Source: Cyanobacteria bacterium P01_A01_bin.123 (GTDB taxonomy: Bacteria; Cyanobacteriota; Cyanobacteriia; Phormidesmidales; Phormidesmidaceae). From it: a DNA stretch of 64,000 bases. Of the stretch, positions 20,339 through 30,825 are shown one piece after another (the first letter of the stretch is position 1; the number at the start of each line of letters is the position of its first letter). The notes beneath the pieces are model-generated. The model did no database searches. It saw only the letters and a program-made list of their open reading frames with translations, and was not told the origin of the DNA. The position numbers and the translations under genes are program-made. Location: assembly GCA_039815185.1 (NCBI GenBank), contig JBCBZT010000026.1, forward strand, positions 1 through 64,000. Direction: 5' to 3'.

Positions 20339-22630
20339 ATGTCCCCCCTTGGAGCCGTTTGGATCTGTCTGGCCTATGGTTTTGGCGTGGTTATGGCCAG
20401 TGTTTCGACTCACTGGCCAATTGTTTTAGCCTTCCCGATCGTGGGCTATGGGGTATTACTCGGGTGCGTCGTAGCAGCCCTCACAGTGCCCCGTTATTGG
20501 TGGCAGGGGCCGTCTCGACAGATCTGGATTGTCATGGGCTGTGTTGGGCTATTGGCATCAGGCTACTATCAATGGCGATTGCCAGTCCCCAATGCTCAAA
20601 ATATTAGCCAATTCGTTGTGCAAACTAGCAAAGTTTGTGCAACGCCAACGGTGACCGGTCGGGTGGTCACCGAACCTCGCCTAACGCGCAGTCAAAAGGG
20701 GCAGTTTACCCTTGCAGTAGACACACTGCGCTGTTGGGATGATCGGGCTGAAATCACCTACGATCAATCTGTTCGGGGCAGGCTGTATGTGACAGCTCCC
20801 ATGCTGCAAGTGACAGGAATTAGGCCCGGACATCAGGTAACCCTAACGGGCAATCTATACATGCCTGACCCGGCGCAAAATGACAGCGATTTTGACTTTA
20901 AAGCCTACTTGGCTGCGCGAGATATCTTTGCTGGGTTTCAAGCGAGCAACATCGACCTACCCCGAGAGGAAGAAGCATTTCAATCTGGATGGGGACTTTG
21001 GCAACTGCGACGACGCATTGTAAAAGCCCATGTAAAAGCGTTGAAAAGCCCAGCCGGGCCAATGGTGAGTGCAATGGCCTTGGGGCGCAGGGCAGTGGAT
21101 TTGCCCTATGACATTCGTGACACGTTTGTGCAGGCAGGATTGGCCCATACAATGGCGGCTTCGGGATTCCATGTGTCGTTAATTTTGGGCGTGGTGTTGG
21201 CGTTGACGCGATCGCGATTGCCTAGAACCCAAGCGATCGCAGGTGGCATCACGCTGCTGCTTTACATCGGATTAACGGGCATCCAACCCAGTGTGCTGCG
21301 GGCAGCGTTGATGGGCGGCGGTTCGCTCATTGGGTTGGTGCTAGACCGACGGGTTAAACCATTGGGCTGTTTGCTGATGGCTATCGTAGGGCTATTAGTT
21401 TGGAATCCGAAATGGATTACCGACATTGGCTTTCAACTGAGTGCGGTGGCAACCTTAGGATTGATCGTGACCGTACCTGCCATCGCTAAGCGATTAGATT
21501 GGTTGCCCACGAATCTAGCGACAGTGATTGCAGTTCCCTTAGCCGCTTATCTGTGGACGATGCCACTGCAACTCTACTGGTTCCATACCTTTTCGCCCCA
21601 CAGCATTTTGCTCAATATCATTTCGACGCCTTTGGTGATTGGGTTGAGTCTGGGCGGTGTGATCAGCGGACTGGCAGCAATGGTTTGGCAACCGCTGGGG
21701 AGTGCGTTGGCGCTGCCGCTGTATTATCCTGCCCATGCCTTACTGCACCTAGCAGAATTTACCAACCGCCAACCCCTGAGTGGCTTGTCTACAGGCCAGT
21801 TCTCTGAGCTTCAATGCTTGGGAATTTATGGCCTCTTTGGGTTGGCTTGGGGATGGCCCTGGTGGCAAAAACGCTGGTGGATAGTTTCCGGCTTGGTTTT
21901 GAGCGTGATTGTGGTTCCCTGGTGGTTTAAAGTTGCTAGCTTGACTCAGGTCACTGTGTTGGCCACAACGGAAGACCCAGTATTGGTCTTGCAAGATCAA
22001 GGCAAAACCCTGCTGATTAATAGTGGACGAGCTAGCACAGCAACTCATACCGTGTTGCCGTTCTTGCGTCAGGCTGGCATCAACCACCTGGATTGGGCGA
22101 TCGCACCCCGGTTACCGAGGGATTATCCCGACGGATGGGAGACAATTTTTAACGCAGCTCCGGTGACAACCTTCTACGGTCAAGATGACCAAGATCCATT
22201 GCCAGCGTTACCCAAGCACTATGTTTCAATGCCTGTGGGCCAAAGTACTCAGCTAGAAGCTGGCGTGGTGCAAAGTCTTGGTCGTGACAACCCGATTTTA
22301 CGATTCACGGTGAAAAATCAATCTTGGTTATTGCTGACACCGTTGGATGCTTCACTCCAAGCATATCTGGCCCAGGCTGGGGCCACGCTGCAAAGCCAAG
22401 TGTTGTGGTGGGATGGTACTCCCTTAGTTGATGCCTTGTTGAACGTTGTTCAACCCTCTGTCGCTGTATGCTTTGGCCATGACTTAGATCTGACCGTAGA
22501 GCGGCAACTACGCGATCGCGGTGTTCAACTCTATTGGCCCGCCCGCGACGGTGCCCTACAGTGGCGACCCAAAGCTGGATTCCAGCTGCAGCAGGGCAAC
22601 GGAGATCTAGATGTGACGTTGTCTGGCTAA
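20339..22630 (+). CDS. comEC: ComEC/Rec2 competence protein
   Basis: AGLAHTMAASGFHVS, PSVLRAALM, DIGFQLSAVAT and a C-terminal degenerate beta-lactamase-like domain ending RDGALQW. Confidence 0.93.
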   Translation: MSPLGAVWICLAYGFGVVMASVSTHWPIVLAFPIVGYGVLLGCVVAALTVPRYWWQGPSRQIWIVMGCVGLLASGYYQWRLPVPNAQNISQFVVQTSKVCATPTVTGRVVTEPRLTRSQKGQFTLAVDTLRCWDDRAEITYDQSVRGRLYVTAPMLQVTGIRPGHQVTLTGNLYMPDPAQNDSDFDFKAYLAARDIFAGFQASNIDLPREEEAFQSGWGLWQLRRRIVKAHVKALKSPAGPMVSAMALGRRAVDLPYDIRDTFVQAGLAHTMAASGFHVSLILGVVLALTRSRLPRTQAIAGGITLLLYIGLTGIQPSVLRAALMGGGSLIGLVLDRRVKPLGCLLMAIVGLLVWNPKWITDIGFQLSAVATLGLIVTVPAIAKRLDWLPTNLATVIAVPLAAYLWTMPLQLYWFHTFSPHSILLNIISTPLVIGLSLGGVISGLAAMVWQPLGSALALPLYYPAHALLHLAEFTNRQPLSGLSTGQFSELQCLGIYGLFGLAWGWPWWQKRWWIVSGLVLSVIVVPWWFKVASLTQVTVLATTEDPVLVLQDQGKTLLINSGRASTATHTVLPFLRQAGINHLDWAIAPRLPRDYPDGWETIFNAAPVTTFYGQDDQDPLPALPKHYVSMPVGQSTQLEAGVVQSLGRDNPILRFTVKNQSWLLLTPLDASLQAYLAQAGATLQSQVLWWDGTPLVDALLNVVQPSVAVCFGHDLDLTVERQLRDRGVQLYWPARDGALQWRPKAGFQLQQGNGDLDVTLSG

Positions 22631-22742
22631 GCGGTCGTGTGATTTACAGCGGTCTTAAATTGTCGACAAATTCCATCCCGCAACTGAGCAATCAACGATA
22701 AAATAGCTCAGCAAGCATAAAAATTACTCATAAAACCGTCTT

Positions 22743-22829
22743 GGAGAGGTGGCAGAGCGGTTGAATGCGGCAGATTCGAAATCTGTTTTAGGGTCACACC
22801 TAACGAGGGTTCGAATCCCTCCCTCTCCG
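22743..22829 (+). tRNA. tRNA-Ser (anticodon CGA)
   Basis: Acceptor GGAGAGG/CCTCTCC, anticodon arm GCAGA-TTCGAAA-TCTGT, long variable arm TTAGG-GTCACA-CCTAA and T-arm GAGGG-TTCGAAT-CCCTC. CCA is not encoded. Confidence 0.97.
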
Positions 22830-22867
22830 TTGTATTTCGGATAGTTGTGTTTCGGAATATTATGAGG

Positions 22868-23956
22868 TCAGCTTAAGAAGGGACGCACTTGATCGGCCAT
22901 TTGGGCGCTGGCACTATCCACAGTAACTAGTTCTATCGGCTCGGCACTCACTGCCCCTAGGCCCAAATCAGCAGCACGGCGGATCTGTGCCTGGCTCCAG
23001 ATTGAACCGTTAGAGACCTCGCGGGTCGTGCCCAACATTCGCAAAATGGCAATGCCGACGGCATCGATGGCGATTCGATCAGTACTCGCAAGCATGACAC
23101 CAGCCCTGACCCGACGGCCTTGTTCAGGGCCGCCACCGACAAAAGCGTCAACGCCGTCGATGATAATTAGAGAGGGGCGATAAGTTTGGTTGACTTCGGC
23201 AATCATCAGTCTCTGGTTGGCAGAGCGATGCAGTTCTCGCATGTAATCGTGACTGTCGCCTGGAATCTGGCGAGCCACCATGCCGATGGTATTTTTCAGC
23301 GATAGGGTGAAATGACCACCGAAGCGATGGGTTTTGAGGCAGCAGGCACTGACGATGGCATCAGAGGCTAAAACGGGTTGGGCGATCGCGAATCCCCGCG
23401 ACCAGTTGGTTCCTTCTCCAGGAAAATATTGCCAGCCGTTGCGGTCGAGTTCATCGAAGACAAGGGGAGTAAAGCCGTAGCGATCGGCGAGGGAAAATAC
23501 CTGCATCTGGGTCATCGCGCTGCGGGTATTGGCCATCCCGGAGCGATCGCCGACGGTGATTTGACTCGCGCCATCTCCCTGGATTTCTTGCACTAGGTTT
23601 TCTAGGACGGTGGGATCGGTGGCAGCGGGGGCTGGATCGCCTGTGTTGTAGTTGGGTTTGATAAAGACGCGTTTGCCGTTAAAGCTTGGGGGTTGCAGGA
23701 GTTCGATGGCGCGGCGGACTCCGGCGGCGCGATCTGTGGTGCTGATCAGGGCAACTCGGTGTGGGTTTAGTCCTGCGGATGCTAGAGGAGTTGTTTGGGG
23801 CAGTGCCGTTGGTGATATTGAGGGAATGAGTTGGGTTGAAGATGATGAGGCCGTTAAGGGACGGAGAGCTGGGGGTAGCAGGGCTGCGCCACTGATTAAG
23901 CCCAGTCGCTGCAGCAGTTTGCGGCGGGAGTTTTTTTGGGGGGGCAGTGTGGACAT
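22868..23956 (-). CDS. DUF362-domain protein with Tat-like signal peptide
   Basis: SRRKLLQRLG signal, VFIKPN, CCLKTH..GHFTLSLKN and LIIIDG...ASTDRIAID. Confidence 0.82.
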   Translation of the reverse strand: MSTLPPQKNSRRKLLQRLGLISGAALLPPALRPLTASSSSTQLIPSISPTALPQTTPLASAGLNPHRVALISTTDRAAGVRRAIELLQPPSFNGKRVFIKPNYNTGDPAPAATDPTVLENLVQEIQGDGASQITVGDRSGMANTRSAMTQMQVFSLADRYGFTPLVFDELDRNGWQYFPGEGTNWSRGFAIAQPVLASDAIVSACCLKTHRFGGHFTLSLKNTIGMVARQIPGDSHDYMRELHRSANQRLMIAEVNQTYRPSLIIIDGVDAFVGGGPEQGRRVRAGVMLASTDRIAIDAVGIAILRMLGTTREVSNGSIWSQAQIRRAADLGLGAVSAEPIELVTVDSASAQMADQVRPFLS

Positions 23957-24258
23957 AGCTGATTGTGTTGCGGTTGAAAGCTGGCTGGTTTTCAGGCTCA
24001 CTTTCCATTATGGCAATGGCAAGTGTGGCGCTGTGGAACACTCAGGGAAAACTCATTTGACAACGCCCATCCCCAGTTTGTCCACGACCAGACCTTTGGG
24101 TAGACAACGCAATCCTATTGGGCACTGAAGATAATGCGTTTCTCAATACCCAGGCAGAACAGCACAGGGTGAGTGATAGACCGGGTATCGTTATGCGCCA
24201 TAGGCTAGCGACGCTGATTTCCCGAGCTGGACTTGGTTTAAACCAGACAACCGTTAGA

Positions 24259-24879
24259 TTAAAGTGAATCCTTGTTTCTGAGTAAAAAATGAACTGTTCC
24301 GTGGGGAATGAATCGCGTCGATGGGGACAGAGATAGGCCCGCTTGACAATCAACCTTTGCCCCTGCCAGGAGCAAATCCTGCAACACGATTTGCCGATGC
24401 TGCTTAATCAGCGCTAAATGGTTGTTGTTCAGATAAACGATAGCCGCAATTTCATTCAGCGGCCTGGGTCTAGCCAAAAGATGGCCCCTAAACGCAACGA
24501 GGTAATAAATCTGGTTAGAGTGAGCCATACTGCCATGGCGAGAATGGCGATGTTTTTCCCAAATGAGCTGGGGTCTCACCGACTGATCGATTAAATCAAT
24601 CGCTTCTATCCCCCCGTCTGAACGTATTAGATAGGTGCGTTCTGCGCTTTCAATGTGGGAAATAACCGCCCCAATTTCTTCTCGCCCCTCGCGTAGGGCA
24701 CAGTCAACAAAAGATTCTTGGGGCGTCATTCGCTTACCGCCAATGCCAAATAAGCGCACTTGAAGGCTAGGGCTGATCAACTCTCGCTTTGGCACCGAAA
24801 AGACATGGAACCCTTCCCAGTTCAAAAATAGTGCCGCGCCCGCAGGTGCTCTCGGCCCAATTAAGTCAGATAAGCGCAT
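24259..24879 (-). CDS. NUDIX-family hydrolase
   Basis: Nudix box GGKRMTPQESFVDCALREGREEIG. Confidence 0.75.
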   Translation of the reverse strand: MRLSDLIGPRAPAGAALFLNWEGFHVFSVPKRELISPSLQVRLFGIGGKRMTPQESFVDCALREGREEIGAVISHIESAERTYLIRSDGGIEAIDLIDQSVRPQLIWEKHRHSRHGSMAHSNQIYYLVAFRGHLLARPRPLNEIAAIVYLNNNHLALIKQHRQIVLQDLLLAGAKVDCQAGLSLSPSTRFIPHGTVHFLLRNKDSL

Positions 24880-24931
24880 AACCGCCGTAGAAAATTGGGT
24901 TAGCGGTCATTTGCTAGCCGCCTTCACATGC

Positions 24932-26002
24932 CTACAGGCTAGCAGGTTGCGCATGGGCAGAGGTGCGATCAGTTACAGGGGGTTGATCCATTGGCCGCGT
25001 TTGTTCTAGTTCGCCGTGGGCTTTGAGCAAGGCTGCTACCCGCTTACGAATCATAATGCCGGGGCGATCGGTGAACATGTGCTCTTCTTTGCCAATACTC
25101 AGCGGGACATCATAGTCGGTCGATTCTAAAATGCTTTTGTCTTCCAGCGTTACGGCCCGATCAAAAGCAATCACGTCATCGGCTTTGGTATCAGCTTCGG
25201 TGTCGTTGCGGATGCAAAACTGCACCATTTGCGAGGTGCTGTCGTCAATCGGGGTCATGGTATTGACCACAATGTGAGACAAGCCGTTGGGATAGTTGAT
25301 GCGCAACCGAATGGTAAAGGGCATAAACCAGTCCATATCTAAGGTGCGGACGGTTTGGGCCTCAGCCAACTTTAAATTTTGCTGTTGCAGATCGGGATTG
25401 ACTACCCCCAGCGTTCCGGTGACGCGAATGCCATAGTCGGTCTCTTGTATCTCTAACGCATCAGGGATGGGGTGTTCTTCACTGCCAAAGGTTTCGGTAT
25501 GCACAAAGGTCGGATGGGCCAAATCGAGTTCATTTTCCATCACCCGGAGTCCCGCACAGTTCCACGGTTCGTAGAATTCGTGAATCAGGCGAAAGTCAGT
25601 CTCAAAAGCTTCCGGAATGTGGGGCAAGTCCATCAGCGGGTCGGCAAGACATACCCAAGCATAGCCATAGCGTTCGAGACAGCGGTATGCCTCCACCCGG
25701 TAACTGGCCGGTACTGCCGTTTCGGCTTTGAGTTGGGGGACGTGTACACAGGTTCCATAACTGTCGAATTCCCAACCGTGATAGGGGCAACACAATCGCC
25801 CTTCAGCCACTTTACCTAGGGATAATTTGGCGGTTCGATGGCAGCAGCGATCGCGTACCGCTGCAGGCACTCCCTCCTCCGTCAGCCAAAGCACAATCGG
25901 TTCACCTAAGAGCTGAAAGGCTTGGGGGCCGTCAGCCAAGGCTGATGTTGGCACCACTGGATACCAAAACCGTCGAAAAACAGGCTGTTGCGTGACTAGC
26001 AT
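24932..26002 (-). CDS. Rieske non-heme iron oxygenase alpha subunit (VanA/demethylase-like)
   Basis: Rieske motif CCHR...CPYHGW; mononuclear Fe motif ENELDLAHPTFVH; EDKSIL. Confidence 0.9.
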   Translation of the reverse strand: MLVTQQPVFRRFWYPVVPTSALADGPQAFQLLGEPIVLWLTEEGVPAAVRDRCCHRTAKLSLGKVAEGRLCCPYHGWEFDSYGTCVHVPQLKAETAVPASYRVEAYRCLERYGYAWVCLADPLMDLPHIPEAFETDFRLIHEFYEPWNCAGLRVMENELDLAHPTFVHTETFGSEEHPIPDALEIQETDYGIRVTGTLGVVNPDLQQQNLKLAEAQTVRTLDMDWFMPFTIRLRINYPNGLSHIVVNTMTPIDDSTSQMVQFCIRNDTEADTKADDVIAFDRAVTLEDKSILESTDYDVPLSIGKEEHMFTDRPGIMIRKRVAALLKAHGELEQTRPMDQPPVTDRTSAHAQPASL

Positions 26003-26228
26003 AGGAAAATCTACCCCAATACAGAATCTGAGCAATTGCTGTAGTGCTTAGATTATCGTGCTCTTTTGGGTGGAGATTACGAATACAGAGAATTTTTTGT
26101 TTGTCACGTTAACTCCGATGAGTCCTTTGATACAGGTGGTTCAATTAAAGGGAGCGGTGGGAAGCGAATCGTTTAAAGTTCATCAGGGGTGAGGCGTCAA
26201 GCCAAAATCCAGCACGACGACATACGGG

Positions 26229-29200
26229 CTAGGGGGCATAGGTTTGCACGGTGCCATCGGGTGCAATCCAGACAATTGCCACAATCGGCTGATCCGCGAC
26301 TGTCTGCAGAATGGCCTCTAGGGAATCTGAAGATGGGGGCATCGGCAACGCAGACGAATCGTCGTAACTCTGGAGGCTATCGTTGGGCTGCAGCGCTGTG
26401 GACACCTTTTCTGCAAGGGCGATAGGCGTTTGCCCTAGCGATTGCGACAAGGCTTCATTTTGAGTGGGGGACATAACCGCTGCAATCGCCTTTGAGCCTA
26501 AATCTGCTGCTGGCACTAGCACTGCTTCAAGGCCAGTGGTGGTGAAAGATACGGATGGACAATCTTGAGCAGGTTGAACGATTGCCAAACTGTTTTTAGG
26601 GCCCCTAGTCAATGGAGTTTGATCTCGAAGGGCAGCATCGACAAAGTTGATCCCGTTGGAAACAGTGGCCAATAACCGAGATTGCAGGGGCTGGGAGCGA
26701 CCCGACTCAGCGCTGGCACGATCGGACTGGGCGGGCTGCACTGCTGGGATGATGCTTCGATGGGCATTCATCTGGGCGGCAGCATTGGCGTTGTTGGCGG
26801 CAGAATAGCTTTGGCGCAGATTGTATTGGCCCCAAGCCGCTATCATGCCAGATGCTAACGCACAGGGAACCAATACTTTCAGGGTTTGAGTCTTGAGGCG
26901 ATGACGACGATAGATCTGACGACTACAGATCAGGTAGCTTTCAGCCAAGGATGATAATTCTTGGGTGTGGCCCCGCAGCCCCCCCTCAGTCTCTGATAAT
27001 CGCCGCCCGGCTAGGAGGTAGTCAAGATGACGAGGACAGCCTTGTCGTTGCCAGTCTTGGGCGGCGGTTTCCAATTTGCGTTGATGCCTCAGCAGGTCTC
27101 GCTTGTCATGCAGCCATTGTCGCAACAGCTCCCAACTTCGAATCAGTGATTCGTGGGCAATGTCAATCGTTTCGGGGGAGACGTTCTTGGCAAGGGTGGA
27201 ACGGTTTACACAGCGCTGCTGATACGATTGCAGTAATTTAGACGGATATCGAGATTGGGGCTGACGCGATCGCGGGGAATGGAGTTTTTGAGCTAGCTTT
27301 TCTTGGATAGGCAAAGCCTGCCCTGCACCTGGCCAAGCGGCTTCAGGCAGGGCCAGCCCCAGGGGAGCTGCGCTGAGTGCAGGCTCCGTTTCGCGATTGA
27401 TTACAATCAGCTTTTCGCTGGCCAGGCGATTGAGAATCCGAGTCACAAGTTCAAAGGGAAACTGACGGTTGATTAATTCGGTAGTGCGAGCCCGGCGGCG
27501 ATTATCTTCAGTACCTTCCCCCAATTCACACAGCGCCAGAAAAATTCGCTGGGCGACCTGTTTTTCGATGGTATCGAGCTGTTCGAACACATGGGTTGCC
27601 CGTTGATTGAGCAGGTTGCGAATACCACCTAGCTGAGTATAAGCCGCCATTGTCAAGCAAGGTCGCCCTGTCACCTGATTTGATTGGCGCTGTTGCCAGA
27701 GTTCTACTAAGGTTTGCTGCAGCAGTGCCAGTTCACCCGGTGCCCCTGCCACATCGAGCAAAATGGAGTACAGCAGATTTTGCTCATAATCTAGTCCTGC
27801 CTGCTGCGCAGGCTTAATAATGGTGGCCTTGATTTGCTCATAGGTCATGGGAGAAACTCGCAGGGCTTGAGCCTGCATAGCAGCTATCAACACGGGATAC
27901 TGGCTAAGCTGCTCAAGACTGCTGCTACGGGCTACCACAACCAGCGTCAGCTCTGGCGTCGGGGTTTGCAAAGCATGGTTCAAGCGTTGCAAAAAGGTAT
28001 CCCGCTGTGCCTGATACGCTGGGGATGATTCGGAGAGGAATAGCTCCTCTAGCTGATCGATAATCAATACCAGCTTGCCCGGCCTTTGGGGCTGTAGGTG
28101 AGTTACCGTTTGCAAAACGGTATCCCCTGCAGGGGGCAGTGGCTGTAAGCTAGCCCGTGCCAATTGACTCAGGCTACTGTTGCCATCTTGTAAAAACGCC
28201 TCAGCTCGGTGCAGTTGCTCTGCTCGAGCCACGCTGTCTAAGGTTGGATCGACAAAGGCAGCGGCTAACCGTTGGAGGGGCGCATCACCTGGGGTGAGGT
28301 ATTTAATCTGCCAGCGATCGCTACCGGGAATCCGCTGACCTTGCTGCAGTTGGTGAATCAGCCCTGCTCGCACTAAAGAGGTTTTGCCAATACCTGAGGC
28401 TCCCAGAATCGCACAAAAAGACTGGGTGTTAACACGCTGCAAGAGTTGGCTAGTCAAATCTTCTCGGCCAAAGAACTGCACCCCCTCGGTTTCGGTAAAC
28501 GCCTTTAATCCTTGGTAAGGACAGTGAGTTGAAACATCGGCAGCAATGGTAGATCCCCCCTTGGAGGTATGGTCTGCCATCAAATTGCTTTGGGCACGGG
28601 TGAGCATAATATCGCTGCCAGAACTTTCAAACAGCGGTTGTTGCAGTTCCCCTTTGAGCTGCTGACTGACAGCACCTATTAGGCTGTGGTTGCTTACGAC
28701 CCCGTCTCCGACACCGTGGGGATCAAGCCCCTTTAAGACTGCCTGGGTAAATACGCTCAAAGGCGATTCTAGAGACTCATAGGCCGCTTCAAATTCTCGC
28801 GAGGCTGCCATGAATAGCCGATCGGTTCCGCTTTGCGCGCCAGGATCAGCTTCTAGAAAATTCAAGATTTCGCCACTGTGGCAGCAGTCTAAAATCACGA
28901 CCCGCTGTCTAACAGGGCTTTCTTGTAAAAGCCGCCGGAGCCAAAACAAAGACAGGCCAAAATTGCCAGTGTCTGGATTAGTATCGCTAGTGGCTAAATA
29001 GCCTTCTCGAATCCCAGCATTGCGTTGAAAACCGTGTCCCGAAAAATAGAATAGCGCCGTTTGAGGCACATTCTTACCCTCCGGTTTGAATAATTGAACC
29101 AGGGCCGATTCTAAGACGCGGGTCGTAACCGCAGTACGTTGGCCAATCTTCGGTTGACCGTCTTGGATAATCTCAGGCATCCGCCGCACCCGGAAATCTC

Positions 29201-29309
29201 CATAGATCTGGAGATGGTGGGCGATCGCATTTGCATCTTGCGCAGGTGCCTTGAGCCCTGGGAAGGTGTGATATTTATTGATTCCGACGACAAGTGCATC
29301 CCGTGACAT
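26229..29309 (-). CDS. Caspase-family (peptidase C14) domain fused to nSTAND1-type ATPase, TM segment and low-complexity C-terminus
   Basis: ALVVGINKY, FYFSGHG (His) and ILDCCHSG (Cys); CPYQGLKAF, GASGIGKTS, IIDQLEELF and IAHESLIRSW. Confidence 0.9.
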   Translation of the reverse strand: MSRDALVVGINKYHTFPGLKAPAQDANAIAHHLQIYGDFRVRRMPEIIQDGQPKIGQRTAVTTRVLESALVQLFKPEGKNVPQTALFYFSGHGFQRNAGIREGYLATSDTNPDTGNFGLSLFWLRRLLQESPVRQRVVILDCCHSGEILNFLEADPGAQSGTDRLFMAASREFEAAYESLESPLSVFTQAVLKGLDPHGVGDGVVSNHSLIGAVSQQLKGELQQPLFESSGSDIMLTRAQSNLMADHTSKGGSTIAADVSTHCPYQGLKAFTETEGVQFFGREDLTSQLLQRVNTQSFCAILGASGIGKTSLVRAGLIHQLQQGQRIPGSDRWQIKYLTPGDAPLQRLAAAFVDPTLDSVARAEQLHRAEAFLQDGNSSLSQLARASLQPLPPAGDTVLQTVTHLQPQRPGKLVLIIDQLEELFLSESSPAYQAQRDTFLQRLNHALQTPTPELTLVVVARSSSLEQLSQYPVLIAAMQAQALRVSPMTYEQIKATIIKPAQQAGLDYEQNLLYSILLDVAGAPGELALLQQTLVELWQQRQSNQVTGRPCLTMAAYTQLGGIRNLLNQRATHVFEQLDTIEKQVAQRIFLALCELGEGTEDNRRRARTTELINRQFPFELVTRILNRLASEKLIVINRETEPALSAAPLGLALPEAAWPGAGQALPIQEKLAQKLHSPRSRQPQSRYPSKLLQSYQQRCVNRSTLAKNVSPETIDIAHESLIRSWELLRQWLHDKRDLLRHQRKLETAAQDWQRQGCPRHLDYLLAGRRLSETEGGLRGHTQELSSLAESYLICSRQIYRRHRLKTQTLKVLVPCALASGMIAAWGQYNLRQSYSAANNANAAAQMNAHRSIIPAVQPAQSDRASAESGRSQPLQSRLLATVSNGINFVDAALRDQTPLTRGPKNSLAIVQPAQDCPSVSFTTTGLEAVLVPAADLGSKAIAAVMSPTQNEALSQSLGQTPIALAEKVSTALQPNDSLQSYDDSSALPMPPSSDSLEAILQTVADQPIVAIVWIAPDGTVQTYAP

Positions 29310-30236
29310 TGAACGAATTCCAAACTACAGAGTATAACCAGCGGTGCTTTTCAGGAACTGAAATTAGATGAACCGAGCTGGGGGCGTTGTCAGGGGGCGA
29401 ATTGAAATCAGATTGATTAAAGGTTGATAACGAATAGAGACGGGATTAACGAATTCAAATTACTTGAATAAGCCGCTTTGAGGTTGATTTGAATTCAAGC
29501 AATATAGTAGATTCAAAACAATCTTAAAAGATTGGGATCAAATACATCACTTGGGGTTACAAGCATTACTGTCTCTTTTTTATCCATCACTAAACGCGGG
29601 CTAGTGACTTTTTTGCTCAACTGTTCTCCATGTACAAACTAACTAAGACTTTTTTGAGTGTGAATGGGGGTCTGAGCCCCCAGCCTAGATTTTTCAATGG
29701 CGGCCCTGCGTCAGTTTTTTAACGATCTACGAGATTTCCATAAGCAATATCCAAAAGCTTTATGGGCACACTGCCAATTCTCTAAGGGTTTTCCGATCCA
29801 TAGGATTACGGAGTTAATCTGTCGTTTTCAAAGTTTTTTCAGCCGCGTAGTTAGAATTACGGAATTTTCTAGCTGCCCTTTGGGAACATCAGCGATACGG
29901 CTGATTTTCGGGAAAATGGATTATTTTTGTCCGGAAATCTGTTTTGGGGGTGGGTCTAAGTCGAACTGACAGCATAATCCTGTGGAATAGGCCAACTTCT
30001 CTGGTGAATCCCACGCGAGATTTGAGGGGTTGACACCACTCTGTTATCAACGACTAGTCGAGAAAGTTGAGTCAGACTTGGCCAGAACAGACTCACAGTG
30101 TCTTGGAATCAGCTTGAACTGGGTCAGGAACCGCCTGTAAAGACTCTTCAACAAGTCTGCACCTGCCTAAAAAAGTGGGCCACTATTATATGGAGTGGGG
30201 CACTATTATGGAAAATCAGTATCAGGAGATCAGAAG

Positions 30237-30686
30237 ATGGGCTTGTTTGATGGTGTCTTTGAAGCCGAAAAAAACGTCTCGGAATCAACTCTGAATCCGG
30301 CTGAGGCGTTTGCTGCGATTGCCCTGGTCGCGATCGCAGCAGATGGTTACCTTTCTGAGCAAGAGGGGCGAGAAATGACCATGGTGCTCTCTCGCATGCA
30401 TCTCTTTCGTAGCTACTCTGGGGATGTCATGCACCGCATGTTAGACAACCTGCTGGGGACACTGAAGCAACAAGGCCCTGGAGAATTGATTGCCTTCGCC
30501 AAAGCGTCTTTGCCTGAAGATTTAAGGCCCACTGCGTTTGCGATTGCCACGGACTTAGTTTTGGCAGATGGCACTGTGACGCCCCAAGAACAAGCTTTCC
30601 TTGACGATCTCTACCGCATTTTAGAAATTCCGGGTGACACTGCCCTGCAAATTGTGCAAGTGATGACGATTAAAAATCGAGGCTAA
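30237..30686 (+). CDS. TerB-family tellurite resistance protein
   Basis: AIALVAIAADGYLSEQE...TAFAIATDLVLADGTVTPQEQAFL; AGGAG upstream of the ATG at 30237. Confidence 0.88.
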   Translation: MGLFDGVFEAEKNVSESTLNPAEAFAAIALVAIAADGYLSEQEGREMTMVLSRMHLFRSYSGDVMHRMLDNLLGTLKQQGPGELIAFAKASLPEDLRPTAFAIATDLVLADGTVTPQEQAFLDDLYRILEIPGDTALQIVQVMTIKNRG

Positions 30687-30748
30687 ATCGCATCCGATTT
30701 GAAAACTTGAGCAAGGGCGCAAGACCCTGCACCCTTACAGTAGAAATG

Positions 30749-30767
30749 CCTGAGCTTCTAGCTCAGG
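30749..30767. terminator. Hairpin between convergent genes (CCTGAGCT-TCT-AGCTCAGG), resembling IS200/IS605-end or REP-like palindromes
   Basis: Perfect 8-bp inverted repeat, with a related imperfect copy just downstream. Confidence 0.5.
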
Positions 30768-30825
30768 AGAATTGTAAGCTTTTAGCTCAGCTCAAGAGAG
30801 CTACAGATCTGAATATTGACAATGT

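Noticed and set aside
22743..22870. tRNA-Ser as the attachment site of a genomic island
   Set aside because: There is no integrase, and I found no duplicated tRNA 3' end in the window.
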